Shown: positions 39,136-47,417 of the stretch, in pieces
Position numbering within the stretch: position 1 is the stretch's first letter
Layout of the letters: each line of letters opens with the position of its first letter
Source: an uncultured Chloroflexia bacterium
GTDB taxonomy: Bacteria > Chloroflexota > Limnocylindria > Limnocylindrales > CSP1-4
Reading direction: 5' to 3'
Length of the DNA stretch: 64,000 nucleotides
Assembly: GCA_963845925.1 (NCBI GenBank)
Contig: CAWJUA010000025.1
Location: 88,600-152,599 of the forward strand
The notes under the pieces: model-generated
The model's database searches: none
The model's input: the letters and a program-made list of their open reading frames with translations, nothing else
Told to the model about the DNA's origin: nothing
Translations under genes and position numbers: made by a program

Positions 39136-40400
39136 GTCGGAGGTGGGCGCGTCGACGATCGATGGCCGAACCGACGCGGGCACGTAGGTGCCCGGGCCGC
39201 TGCGATCCGCGTCCGGACGGCCGCCCTCGAGCGGCGTCCACTCGCCCGCGGCGATCGCCGTCCGAACGAGATTTGGCACCAGTGCCTCCCGGACGGCCGC
39301 GACCGTGTGCCGAGAGATCTCATCCGCCTCCAGCCGTGTCCCGGCGGCCCCTTCGTCATCGAGCCGCCTCGGCAACTCGACGAGTCCGTATCTCGCCGCC
39401 TCTGCCGCCCAACGCTCCAGCCACGCCTCGGGGATCGCATCGGGCGCGTCGCGGTGAGCGCCCGCCAGCCAGACGTGAGCCACGCGCGCGGCACGACGTT
39501 GTACACGCCGTAACCGCCGCCGCCCGTGGCCAGCCATCGGCCGCCGGCGAACCGGTGCGCGATCTGGTCGACCAGCCGAGCGGCCCGACCCATCGACGTC
39601 GTCGAGACCTCGAGGTGGGCCAGCGGATCGGTGGCATGGGTGTCGCAGCCGTGCTGGCTCACGATGATGTCCGGCCCGAACGCCGAGGCCAGCTCGGGCA
39701 GCAGCGTCTCGACGCTCTGGATCCATGTCGGTCGGTCGTTCCCGGTTCGATCGGGATGTTCACAACCGTCCCCGCCGCCTCACCTTCGCCGATCTCCCAG
39801 GCGAACCCCGTGCCCGGGAACAGGTAGCGGCCGCTCTCGTGGATCGAGACCGTCAGGACGCCCGGGTCGGCCGCGTGGATCGCCTCGACGCCGTCGCCGT
39901 GGTGGACGTCGAGGTCGATGTACATGACCCGCAGCCCGGCGGCGCGCGCACGGGCCACGGCCAGCGCGACGTCGTTGTAGATGCAGAACCCGGCCGCCCG
40001 CGACGGCATCGCATGGTGAAGGCCGCCGCCGGGATGGAACGCATGCAGGACGTCGCCGCGCGAGGATCGCGTCCATCGCCCTGAGCGAGCCGCCGGCCAC
40101 GGACGCCGCCGCTTCGTGCATCCCGTGGAACGGCGGATCGTCGCCCGGCCCGATCCCCGCCTCCGACTCGCCCCACGGGTCGAGGTCCGCCTCGGAGAAG
40201 CGCTTCACGACGCGCAGATAGGCGGCCGTATGGCAGGCGAGCAGCTCCTCGTCGCTGGCCGGCTCCGGCGCCAGGCCGGGCTCCGCCCCCAGCTCGCGCA
40301 AGAGGTCGATCCCGGGACCGAACCGCCTCGGCGTCAGCGGGTGGCTGGGCCCGAAGTCGTACGTCAGCGAGCGCGGGCCGAAGACGAGCAGCGGGAGGTC
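39136..40400 (-). pseudogene. histone-deacetylase-family (AcuC-like) deacetylase, frame-disrupted
   Basis: 'FCIYNDVALAVARA..YIDLDVHHGDGVE..VLTVSIHE..YLFPGTGF' is in ORF 39659..40009. The N-terminus is in 39780..40850. '..HGCDTHATDPLA..LATGGGGYGV' is in 39132..39662. Confidence 0.55.
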
Positions 40401-40424
40401 GGGCACGAGCCGACAATAGCCGCG

Positions 40425-40832
40425 ATGGAGAGGGTCTACACGAAGCCGCTGCTCGACAAGCTCGGCGTCCGGCCCGGTTCGCGCGTCGCGATCGTCGGCG
40501 ACGTCGACCCCGACGGCTGGTTCCGGGCCCTCGTCGCCGATCGGACGTCCGACGTGACCATCGGCGAGCCGGCGCCCGACACGGACCTCGTCTTCCTCGC
40601 GGCCGACTCGACCGCGGAGCTCGCGGCCCTTCCCGACTTCCGGCGCCGAATCCGCGCGAACGGCGCGATTTGGGTCGTCTCGCGGAAGGGCAAGGCCGCC
40701 ACGATCCGCGACGTCGAGGTCATGGCCGCCGCGAGGGACGCCGGCCTTGTCGACAACAAGGTGGTGTCGTTCTCGGACAGCCACACCTCGATCCGGCTCG
40801 TCATCCCGGTCGCCGACCGGCCCCACGCCTGA
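40425..40832 (+). CDS. DUF3052-like hypothetical protein
   Basis: 'MERVYTKPLLDKLGVRPGSRVAIVGDV..LVFLAADSTAELAAL..AIWVVSRKGKAATIRDVEVMAAARDAGLVDNKVVSFSD' is a small actinobacterial conserved protein, assigned by memory. Confidence 0.5.
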   Translation: MERVYTKPLLDKLGVRPGSRVAIVGDVDPDGWFRALVADRTSDVTIGEPAPDTDLVFLAADSTAELAALPDFRRRIRANGAIWVVSRKGKAATIRDVEVMAAARDAGLVDNKVVSFSDSHTSIRLVIPVADRPHA

Positions 40833-40852
40833 CGAGCGAGTACCATCCACGC

Positions 40853-41101
40853 ATGGGCTCTGACGTTCTGATCGTCCTCGTGATCATCCTCGTGATCGTC
40901 CTGATCTGGCAGGGGCCGAAGAACCTGCCGAAGATGGGATCGGCGCTAGGCAAGAGCATCAGCGACTTCCGCAAGGAAGTCAGCACTGACGACAAGCCGG
41001 CTGAGCAGGCAGCGCCGACCGCCAACGCGGCGACGACACCGACGACGACCCCGCCCCCGCCGGCCGCGCCGACGCCGCCGACCGACCAGCCGGGCGCCTA
41101 G
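40853..41101 (+). CDS. tatA: twin-arginine translocase subunit TatA
   Basis: 'MGSDVLIVLVIILVIVLIWQGPKNLPKMGSALGKSISDFRKE' has the TM helix, hinge glycine and amphipathic helix, followed by a Pro/Ala/Thr tail. Confidence 0.8.
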   Translation: MGSDVLIVLVIILVIVLIWQGPKNLPKMGSALGKSISDFRKEVSTDDKPAEQAAPTANAATTPTTTPPPPAAPTPPTDQPGA

Positions 41102-42812
41102 CCTCCGACCGGCACCCAGCCGGCGACCAGCGCCTCGGCGATCGCCCGCACTTCCGCCAGCGACCCCGCCGCGCACGCCCTCACCGCCGCCTCGCGGCAG
41201 TGCTCGACGTCGAGCGTTGCAAGTGCCCCCCGGACGCCCGCGATCGACCCCGGCGCGACGCTGAGCTCGTCGACGCCGAGGCCCACGAACAGCGCGGCCG
41301 CCAAAGGATCCGCGGCCGCCTCGCCGCAGACCGAGACGTGCCGGCCGTGGGTCGCGGCAGCCTCGACGACCGAGCGGACGAGCCGCAGGACCGACGGCTG
41401 GAGCGGCGAGGCGAGATCGGCGAGCGCAGCGCTCGTCCGGTCGGCGGCGAGCGTGTACTGGACGAGGTCGTTCGTCCCGATGCTGAAGAAGTCGACGACC
41501 GGGGCGAGGGCGTCGGCCATCAGCGCCGCGGACGGCACCTCGATCATCACCCCGAGTCGGACCATCGCTCGCTGTCGGGATGCCCGCCCGCGCCGACGCA
41601 TCGGCGGCGCGGGCGAGCGCCTCGCGGGCCGCGGCCACCTCGTCGACCGTCGCGACCATCGGCAGGAGGATCCAGGCCGGTTCGGCGGGCATCGCCTCGA
41701 GGAGCGCCCGCAGCTGCGTCTCGAACAGGTCCGGATGGGCGAGGCTGGCGCGGATGCCGCGAACCCCGAGCGCCGGGTTCATCTCGGGCTCCGTCGCGAG
41801 ATAGGGCGCGGGCTTGTCGCCGCCGATGTCGAGCGTCCGGAAGACGACGCGGCGGCCCGGCAGCGCCTCCGCGATCCGGCGGTAGACCGAGCGCTGCTCG
41901 TCGAGGCCGGGCGGCACGGACCGGCCGAGGAACAGCAGCTCCGTCCGGACGAGGCCGATGCCGTCCGCAACAGCAGCCGCCGCGGCCTCCGCCTCGCGCA
42001 CGGACCCGACGTTCGCCGCGACCTCGACAGGCAGATCCTGCCCAGCCGCCGGCGACCGAGCCAGCGGAGGCGACCGAGGTCATCGCCTCGAGATCGTCCT
42101 TGTCCGGCTCGACGAGCAGCCGCCCGCCGGAGCCATCGACCGCCACCTCGGCGCCGTCGAGTCGCGCGCCGACGGCGGCACCCAGGCCCAGCACGAGCGG
42201 GATCCCGAGCGCCCGCGCGACGATCGCCGCGTGGCCCGTCGGGGCGCCACCGGCGAGCGCGATGCCGGTCACCATCTCGGGCCGGATCGCGACGACGACC
42301 GACGGGTCGAGGTCGTCGGCGACGAGGACCGCCGGCGAGCCGTCGGCGCGGTGGAGCGGCGGCCGCTCGCGGCCGGTCAGCCGGTCGACGACCCGCCGGC
42401 CAACGTCGCGGAGGTCGGCGGCACGCTCGCGGAAGTACTCGTCGTCGACCGCGGCGAGCGCGTCGGCCTGGGCCGCGCTGACGCGGTCGATCGCCTCCTC
42501 GGCGGTCGCGCCGTCGTCGATCGCCGCCAGCGCCGGGTCGACGATCCCCGGGTCGCTCGCGAAAAGGGCCTGGGCCTCGAAGATCGCGCCGACGTCCTCG
42601 CCCGCCCGTCCGGCCGCCTCGGCGGCGAGCGCGGTCAGCTCGGCCGCGGCAGCGTCGAGCGCGACTCGCAGGCGGTCCCGCTCCGTGGCCGCGTCGCGCG
42701 CGACCACGCCCGGCACGCGGTGGCGGACCCGGGTCGGCCGCCGCGACCCACAGCGCACGCCCGATCCCGACGCCCGGCGACCCCGGCCGCCCGACGATCG
42801 TGGCCCGCGCCA
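41098..42812 (-). pseudogene. ptsI: PEP-protein phosphotransferase enzyme I (PtsI), at least three frame changes
   Basis: The N-terminus 'MARATIVGRPGSPGVGIGRALWV' is in the 41779..43044 frame. The HPr-binding and phospho-His region is in 41547..42758. 'RTLDIGGDK..NPALGVRGIR..LLPMVATVDE' is in 40946..42001. 'MIEVPSAA..FFSIGTNDLVQYTLAADR' is in 41098..41601. Confidence 0.65.
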
Positions 42813-42820
42813 TCGCGAGG

Positions 42821-43501
42821 TCAGGCCGTCGCCGCTGCCGGGTCCGAGGTGCCCGCGGCCGCCGTCTCGGCGAGGACCGCGAGCAGCAGCGCCGACGACG
42901 TCGCGCCCGGATCCTGGTGACCGACGCTCCGCTCGCCGAGGTACGACGCGCGGCCCTTCGTCGCGAGCATCGGGATCGTCGCAGCGGCGCCGGCCGCGGC
43001 CGCGTCACGTGCCGCGGCCGTGACCGCCGCCAGGTCTCCCCCACCGTCGAGCGCGGCTCGCGCCGCCCGCGCCGCCGGGAAGAGCGCGTCGAGCATCGTC
43101 TTCTCGCCCTCCGCCGACTTGCCGAGCGCCGAGATCCCGCCCGCGGCCGCCTCGAGGGCCGCGACGAACGCGGCCCCCGCCGACGGATCGGTCGCCGCCG
43201 CGATCGCCCCGGCCCCGCGCAGGAACGCGGTCCCGTAGAGCGGCCCGGACGCGCCGCCGACCTTGCTGATCAGCGTCTTGCCGGCCTGGCGCAGGAGGTC
43301 GGCGGTCGCGGTCGCGTCGGCCGTCCCGTCCTCCGGCGCCGGCCTCTCGTCGAGCATCGCGACGATCGCCGCGAACCCGCGGTCGAGGTTGATGCCGTGA
43401 TCGCCGTCGCCGATCGCCTGGTCGAGCGCCGTCAGCGACGCGGCCTCCGCGTGGACCCGGTCCGCGGCGGCGCGCAGCCAGGCGATGACGCCGTCATGCA
43501 T
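42821..43501 (-). CDS. dhaL: dihydroxyacetone kinase subunit DhaL (ADP-binding)
   Basis: 'DHGINLDRGF', 'GGASGPLYG', 'GKTMLDAL' and 'ATKGRASYLGERS' place it in this family. The ORF is intact. Confidence 0.85.
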   Translation of the reverse strand: MHDGVIAWLRAAADRVHAEAASLTALDQAIGDGDHGINLDRGFAAIVAMLDERPAPEDGTADATATADLLRQAGKTLISKVGGASGPLYGTAFLRGAGAIAAATDPSAGAAFVAALEAAAGGISALGKSAEGEKTMLDALFPAARAARAALDGGGDLAAVTAAARDAAAAGAAATIPMLATKGRASYLGERSVGHQDPGATSSALLLAVLAETAAAGTSDPAAATA

Positions 43502-43504
43502 CGG

Positions 43505-44503
43505 CTAGACGCCCCAGCGCAGGGCCGGCGTGTGAACCGGCGCGTCCCAGAGCTTCGTCAGCTCGTCGTCGAGCTTCAAAAGCGTGACCGAGAACCCGGC
43601 CATCTCGAGGCTGGTGATGTAGTTGCCGACCAGGCTCCGGCCGATCTTGATCTTCTGGCCGCCGAGGATCTTGTTCACGCTGTTGAACGCCGTGTAGAGC
43701 TCGATGAGCGGCGTCCCGCCCATCCCGTTGACGAACGCGAGGACGGTCTCGCCGCCCTTCAGCCCGAGGTCCTGGACGATCGGCGTGACCAGCCACTCGG
43801 CCATGTCGTCGACCGGGGCGAGCTTCTCGCGGCGCCGGCCCGGCTCGCCGTGGATGCCGATCCCGACCTCGACCTCGTCGTCGCCGAGCTCGAACGTCGG
43901 GGTGCCCGCGGCGGGGACGATGCACGACGTCAGGGCGAGGCCCATCGAGCGGCCCTGGCCATTGACCTTCGTCGCGATCGCGGCGACGTCGGCAAGCGGC
44001 GCGCCGGCCTCGGCCCGCGCGCCGGCGATCTTCTCGACGAGGACCGTCACGCCGACGCCTCGCCGGCCCGCCGTGTACAGCGAGTCCTGGACCGCGACGT
44101 CGTCGTTCGTCACGACCGACTGGACCTCGACTTCGCCCGCGACGAGCTCGGCGGCCATCTCGAAGTTCAGGATGTCGCCGGTGTAGTTCTTGACGATGTG
44201 GAGGACGCCGGCGCCGCCGTCGACGGCCCGGGTCGCGAATTCCATCTGGTCCGGGACCGGCGACGTGAAGACGTTGCCGGCGCAGGCCGCGTCGAGCATG
44301 CCCAGCCCGACGTAGCCGCCGTGCATCGGCTCGTGGCCGGAGCCACCGCCCGAGACGAGCCCGACCTTGCCCTGCTTGGGCCCGCCGGCGCGGAGCACGA
44401 CGTTGTTCGCGGCGTCGATCTTCACGAGATCGGGGTGGGCCGCCCCGAGGCCGGCGAGGCTCTCGGGGACGAGGTCGTCGACCTTGTTGATGAGCTTCTT
44501 CAT
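43505..44503 (-). CDS. dhaK: dihydroxyacetone kinase subunit DhaK
   Basis: '[12 protein letters not shown]', '[15 protein letters not shown]', and the conserved His loop 'GIGIHGEPG' place it in this family. The ORF is intact. Confidence 0.85.
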   Translation of the reverse strand: MKKLINKVDDLVPESLAGLGAAHPDLVKIDAANNVVLRAGGPKQGKVGLVSGGGSGHEPMHGGYVGLGMLDAACAGNVFTSPVPDQMEFATRAVDGGAGVLHIVKNYTGDILNFEMAAELVAGEVEVQSVVTNDDVAVQDSLYTAGRRGVGVTVLVEKIAGARAEAGAPLADVAAIATKVNGQGRSMGLALTSCIVPAAGTPTFELGDDEVEVGIGIHGEPGRRREKLAPVDDMAEWLVTPIVQDLGLKGGETVLAFVNGMGGTPLIELYTAFNSVNKILGGQKIKIGRSLVGNYITSLEMAGFSVTLLKLDDELTKLWDAPVHTPALRWGV

Positions 44504-44564
44504 CGCGTGACTCGGGGCGTTTGCGGCCATGGTGCTGTCCTCCTTCGCTGGGCTGGCTAATGAC

Positions 44565-44846
44565 TCACGAGTTGGGGACGTCGACGCGCTCGACCGCCGC
44601 GCCGAGCTCGTCGAGGAGGGCGCTGAGCGCCGCGTCGGCGTCGGGGCCGTCCGCGGTCAGCGAGACCTGGGCGCCGGGCCGGATCGTCAGCCCGAGGATG
44701 CCGACCAGGCTCTTGGCATTGGCGGCCTTCTCGCCGATCCCGAGGACGATGTCGCTCTGGAACCGGCTCGCCGTCCGGACGAACTGGGCGGCCGGGCGCG
44801 CATGGAGTCCGGCCGGGTCGAGGACGGACAGGCGGACCTCGGCCAT
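44565..44846 (-). CDS. HPr-family phosphocarrier protein
   Basis: A 93-aa protein with '[11 protein letters not shown]', the phosphorylatable His in HPr context. Confidence 0.75.
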   Translation of the reverse strand: MAEVRLSVLDPAGLHARPAAQFVRTASRFQSDIVLGIGEKAANAKSLVGILGLTIRPGAQVSLTADGPDADAALSALLDELGAAVERVDVPNS

Positions 44847-44848
44847 CG

Positions 44849-45253
44849 TCAGCCCGCCGCCTTCACCATCGCCCGGGCGCCGAGTGCGGCGTCGGCGACC
44901 TCATCGATCCCGGCGCCGACGCTCGCCTGGACCGCCGCCACGACCGCGCCCTCGACGAGCGGCGCGTCGCTGACACGGACGTGGGACCGTTCGGCCGGCT
45001 CCAGCTCGTCGAGCGCGAGCTCGAGGCTGAGGACCGCGCTGCCGAGGTCGACGAGGACGAGGACGTCGTCCGCGCCCGCGGCGAGCGTCGCGCGGATGGC
45101 CTCGGCGATTCGTGGCGCGCTCGTACCGAGGCGGCCGTCCTCGGTGCCGCCGGCGGTCGCGACGGGCACGTCGTCGCCGGCCACCTGGGCGACCATCTCT
45201 CGCAGGCCTTCGGCGAGAGCCGCGCTGTGCGAGACGAGCACGAGACCGACCAT
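44849..45253 (-). CDS. dhaM: PTS EIIA(Man)-type domain protein, DhaM-like phosphotransferase component
   Basis: 'MVGLVLVSHSAALAEG' is the EIIA-Man phospho-His motif. It is first in the dha operon order EIIA, HPr, dhaK, dhaL, ptsI. Confidence 0.7.
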   Translation of the reverse strand: MVGLVLVSHSAALAEGLREMVAQVAGDDVPVATAGGTEDGRLGTSAPRIAEAIRATLAAGADDVLVLVDLGSAVLSLELALDELEPAERSHVRVSDAPLVEGAVVAAVQASVGAGIDEVADAALGARAMVKAAG

Positions 45254-45354
45254 CGATCCTCCTCGACGGCTCTGGGACGATCCAGCATGACGGCCCGGAC
45301 GGATCCCGGCAATCGTGGGTGCCGCACCACGGGCCCGTCACCTAGGCTTGTCCC

Positions 45355-45955
45355 ATGAACGGCCATCCGTCCGGCACACCGATCGAGATCGAGCGCCCCG
45401 GTCCCGGCCGCCACGTGACGATGATCGAGGCCGGCGGCCGCACCGTCGAGACGCTGGCCGACCTGCCGCCGCTCCGCGACCGGCTGCTGTTCGTCGGCCT
45501 GAACCCCTCGCCGGTCAGCGTCGAGGCCGGCCACTACCACCAGGGCCAGCTGGGACGGGCGTTCTGGGGCCGGCTGATCCAGGCGACGATCCTCCGCCGG
45601 CGACACGCCGATCGACACCGCCGACGACGCGCTCGTCGCCGCCGGCCACGGGATCACCGACATCCACAAGGTCCCGAGCGCTCGCGACGAGGCCTCGGAC
45701 GCGGCCCTGCGGGCCGGCGTCGGGCCGCTCTGGACGAAGGTCGCGCTATGGCGGCCGGCAGCGGTGGTCTTCGTCTACAAGCGGGCCGCGGAGGCGGTCG
45801 CGGGCCGCGCGCTCGACGAGAAGTGGGGCCAGCTCCACGGCGTCGCGCTGTCGGGCCGGCCGTGCTTCCTGATGCCCGGTCCGTACGCCCCGACCGAGGA
45901 GGTCGCCGAGGGCCTGAACCTCCTGCGCAACCTGGCGGCGTCGCTCCCCTACTGA
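45355..45955 (+). pseudogene. mug: Mug/TDG-family G/U-mismatch uracil-DNA glycosylase, at least two frame changes
   Basis: 'LLFVGLNPSPVSVEAGHYHQGQLGRAFW' is in ORF 45355... The C-terminus 'VVFVYKRAAEAV..GRPCFLMPGPYAPTEEVAEGLNLL' is in 45764..45955. Confidence 0.6.
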
Positions 45956-47280
45956 GCGACGGCCGGGACCGGCGGTCCGGCGTCTGGCGCCAGCGCGTCG
46001 AGCGGCTCGCCGTGGCCGGGGTAGATCCGGGCCGGGTGGCGGGCCCGGATCCGGGCGAGCGACGTCTGCCACGGCGCGACGTCCGGCGGCCCCGGAACCG
46101 CCTTCGCCGCCCGCGGCCCGACGAGGTCGCCGACGATGATCTCCGGGCGATCGCCCTGGCCCGCAGCCCGGACGACGAACGCGACGTGGTCCCGGCGCGG
46201 CCCGGGAGTGGCGATGACCTCGAGCTCCGCGCCGCCTGCCGCGATCCGCTCGCCGTCGGCGAGCTCACGGACGAGGTACGGCAGGTCGTGGCCCGCCCCG
46301 GGCCCGGCGAGGATCGGCAGGTCGAGACGGAGCGCGAGCGCCTCCGCGCCGGCCGCGTGGTCCGGATCGGCGTGGGTCAGGGCGATCGCCACGAGGCGGC
46401 CGCCGTCTGCGGCGACCGCGCCAAGGATCGCGTCCGCGGCGGCGTCCGACGGATCGCCCGGGTCGATCACGACGACCTCGCGCTGCCCGACGAGGTAGGC
46501 GTTCGCGGTCTGGCCGGGCACGGCGCCCGCGGCGCCGACGACGATCCGGGTGAGCCCCGGCCGCTCCCCGACGACGCGCGGCGCGGGCGCGGGCGCGGGC
46601 GTGATCCGGGCGACGATCTCGTCGAGGCCTGCCACGTGCTCGAGCTGCTGGAGGGTCGCGCAGGTCGGCACCCACATCGCGACCTCGCCCGCGGCCATCG
46701 CCTCGAGCGCGTCGTGGGCGGTGAGCCAGCGATGGTCGACGACCTCCTCGGCCTCGAACGACGGCTCGGCGCCGGCGGGCAGCTCCGCGGCGTAGAACCG
46801 CGTGTCGAAGCGGCGGGGCATGATCGGCGGCGTCGTCCAGTGCGAGATCGGGGCGAGCCGGTCGGCCCGGAGCACGAGATCGAGCGCCTCGGCGACCGCG
46901 GCGAGGGTGGTCTCGCCGGCCAGCAGCGCTCGCCGCGCGCCCGCGACCGCCGCCGCGTCGGGAGCCCGCCCGTCGCGTCGCTCGGCCAGCAGCACGCCCG
47001 CTTCCTCGAAGAGCTCCCGGATCGCGGCGATCGCGAATGGCGGCTCCCCGGCGTCGCCCGAGGCGCCCGAGGCGCTCGCGGTGATCACTCGCTCGACGAG
47101 CCGCTCGTCGGCGTCGGCCGCGTCCACCCGCCCGCCGGGGAACACGAACAGGTCGCCGGCGAAGGCCATCGATGACGGCCGCTGGGTCAGCAGGATCTCG
47201 GGCGCGCCGCGGCCCGGCCGCAGCAGGACGACGGTCGCGGCGGGTGTCGGCGGAGCGGCGTCGTCGGCCATGGCGGCCAT
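45949..47280 (-). CDS. NUDIX hydrolase fused to an MBL-fold metallo-hydrolase domain
   Basis: The N-terminal Nudix box is 'GGRVDAADADERLVERVITAS..AIRELFEEAGV'. The C-terminal half has 'IDPGDP', 'THADPDHAAGA' and 'PGHG'. The 443-aa ORF is intact. Confidence 0.7.
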   Translation of the reverse strand: MAAMADDAAPPTPAATVVLLRPGRGAPEILLTQRPSSMAFAGDLFVFPGGRVDAADADERLVERVITASASGASGDAGEPPFAIAAIRELFEEAGVLLAERRDGRAPDAAAVAGARRALLAGETTLAAVAEALDLVLRADRLAPISHWTTPPIMPRRFDTRFYAAELPAGAEPSFEAEEVVDHRWLTAHDALEAMAAGEVAMWVPTCATLQQLEHVAGLDEIVARITPAPAPAPRVVGERPGLTRIVVGAAGAVPGQTANAYLVGQREVVVIDPGDPSDAAADAILGAVAADGGRLVAIALTHADPDHAAGAEALALRLDLPILAGPGAGHDLPYLVRELADGERIAAGGAELEVIATPGPRRDHVAFVVRAAGQGDRPEIIVGDLVGPRAAKAVPGPPDVAPWQTSLARIRARHPARIYPGHGEPLDALAPDAGPPVPAVAQ

Positions 47281-47417
47281 CGTAGGACGCGCCCATGACG
47301 ATCGGCCGGTGCGTCGCGGCGCCGAACCGGGCGATTACCCCTTGTGAGCGTCCGCCCGGAGGGGTACGTTTCACGCCCCCCGAACCGTCACGGTCGGGAC
47401 TGGAGGGAGATCGGTCC

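Noticed and set aside
41200-44560. Long plus-strand ORFs (607, 342 and 586 aa) opposite ptsI, dhaL and dhaK
   Set aside because: They have an Arg/Asp/Gly-rich low-complexity translation. They lie antisense to well-supported dha and PTS genes.
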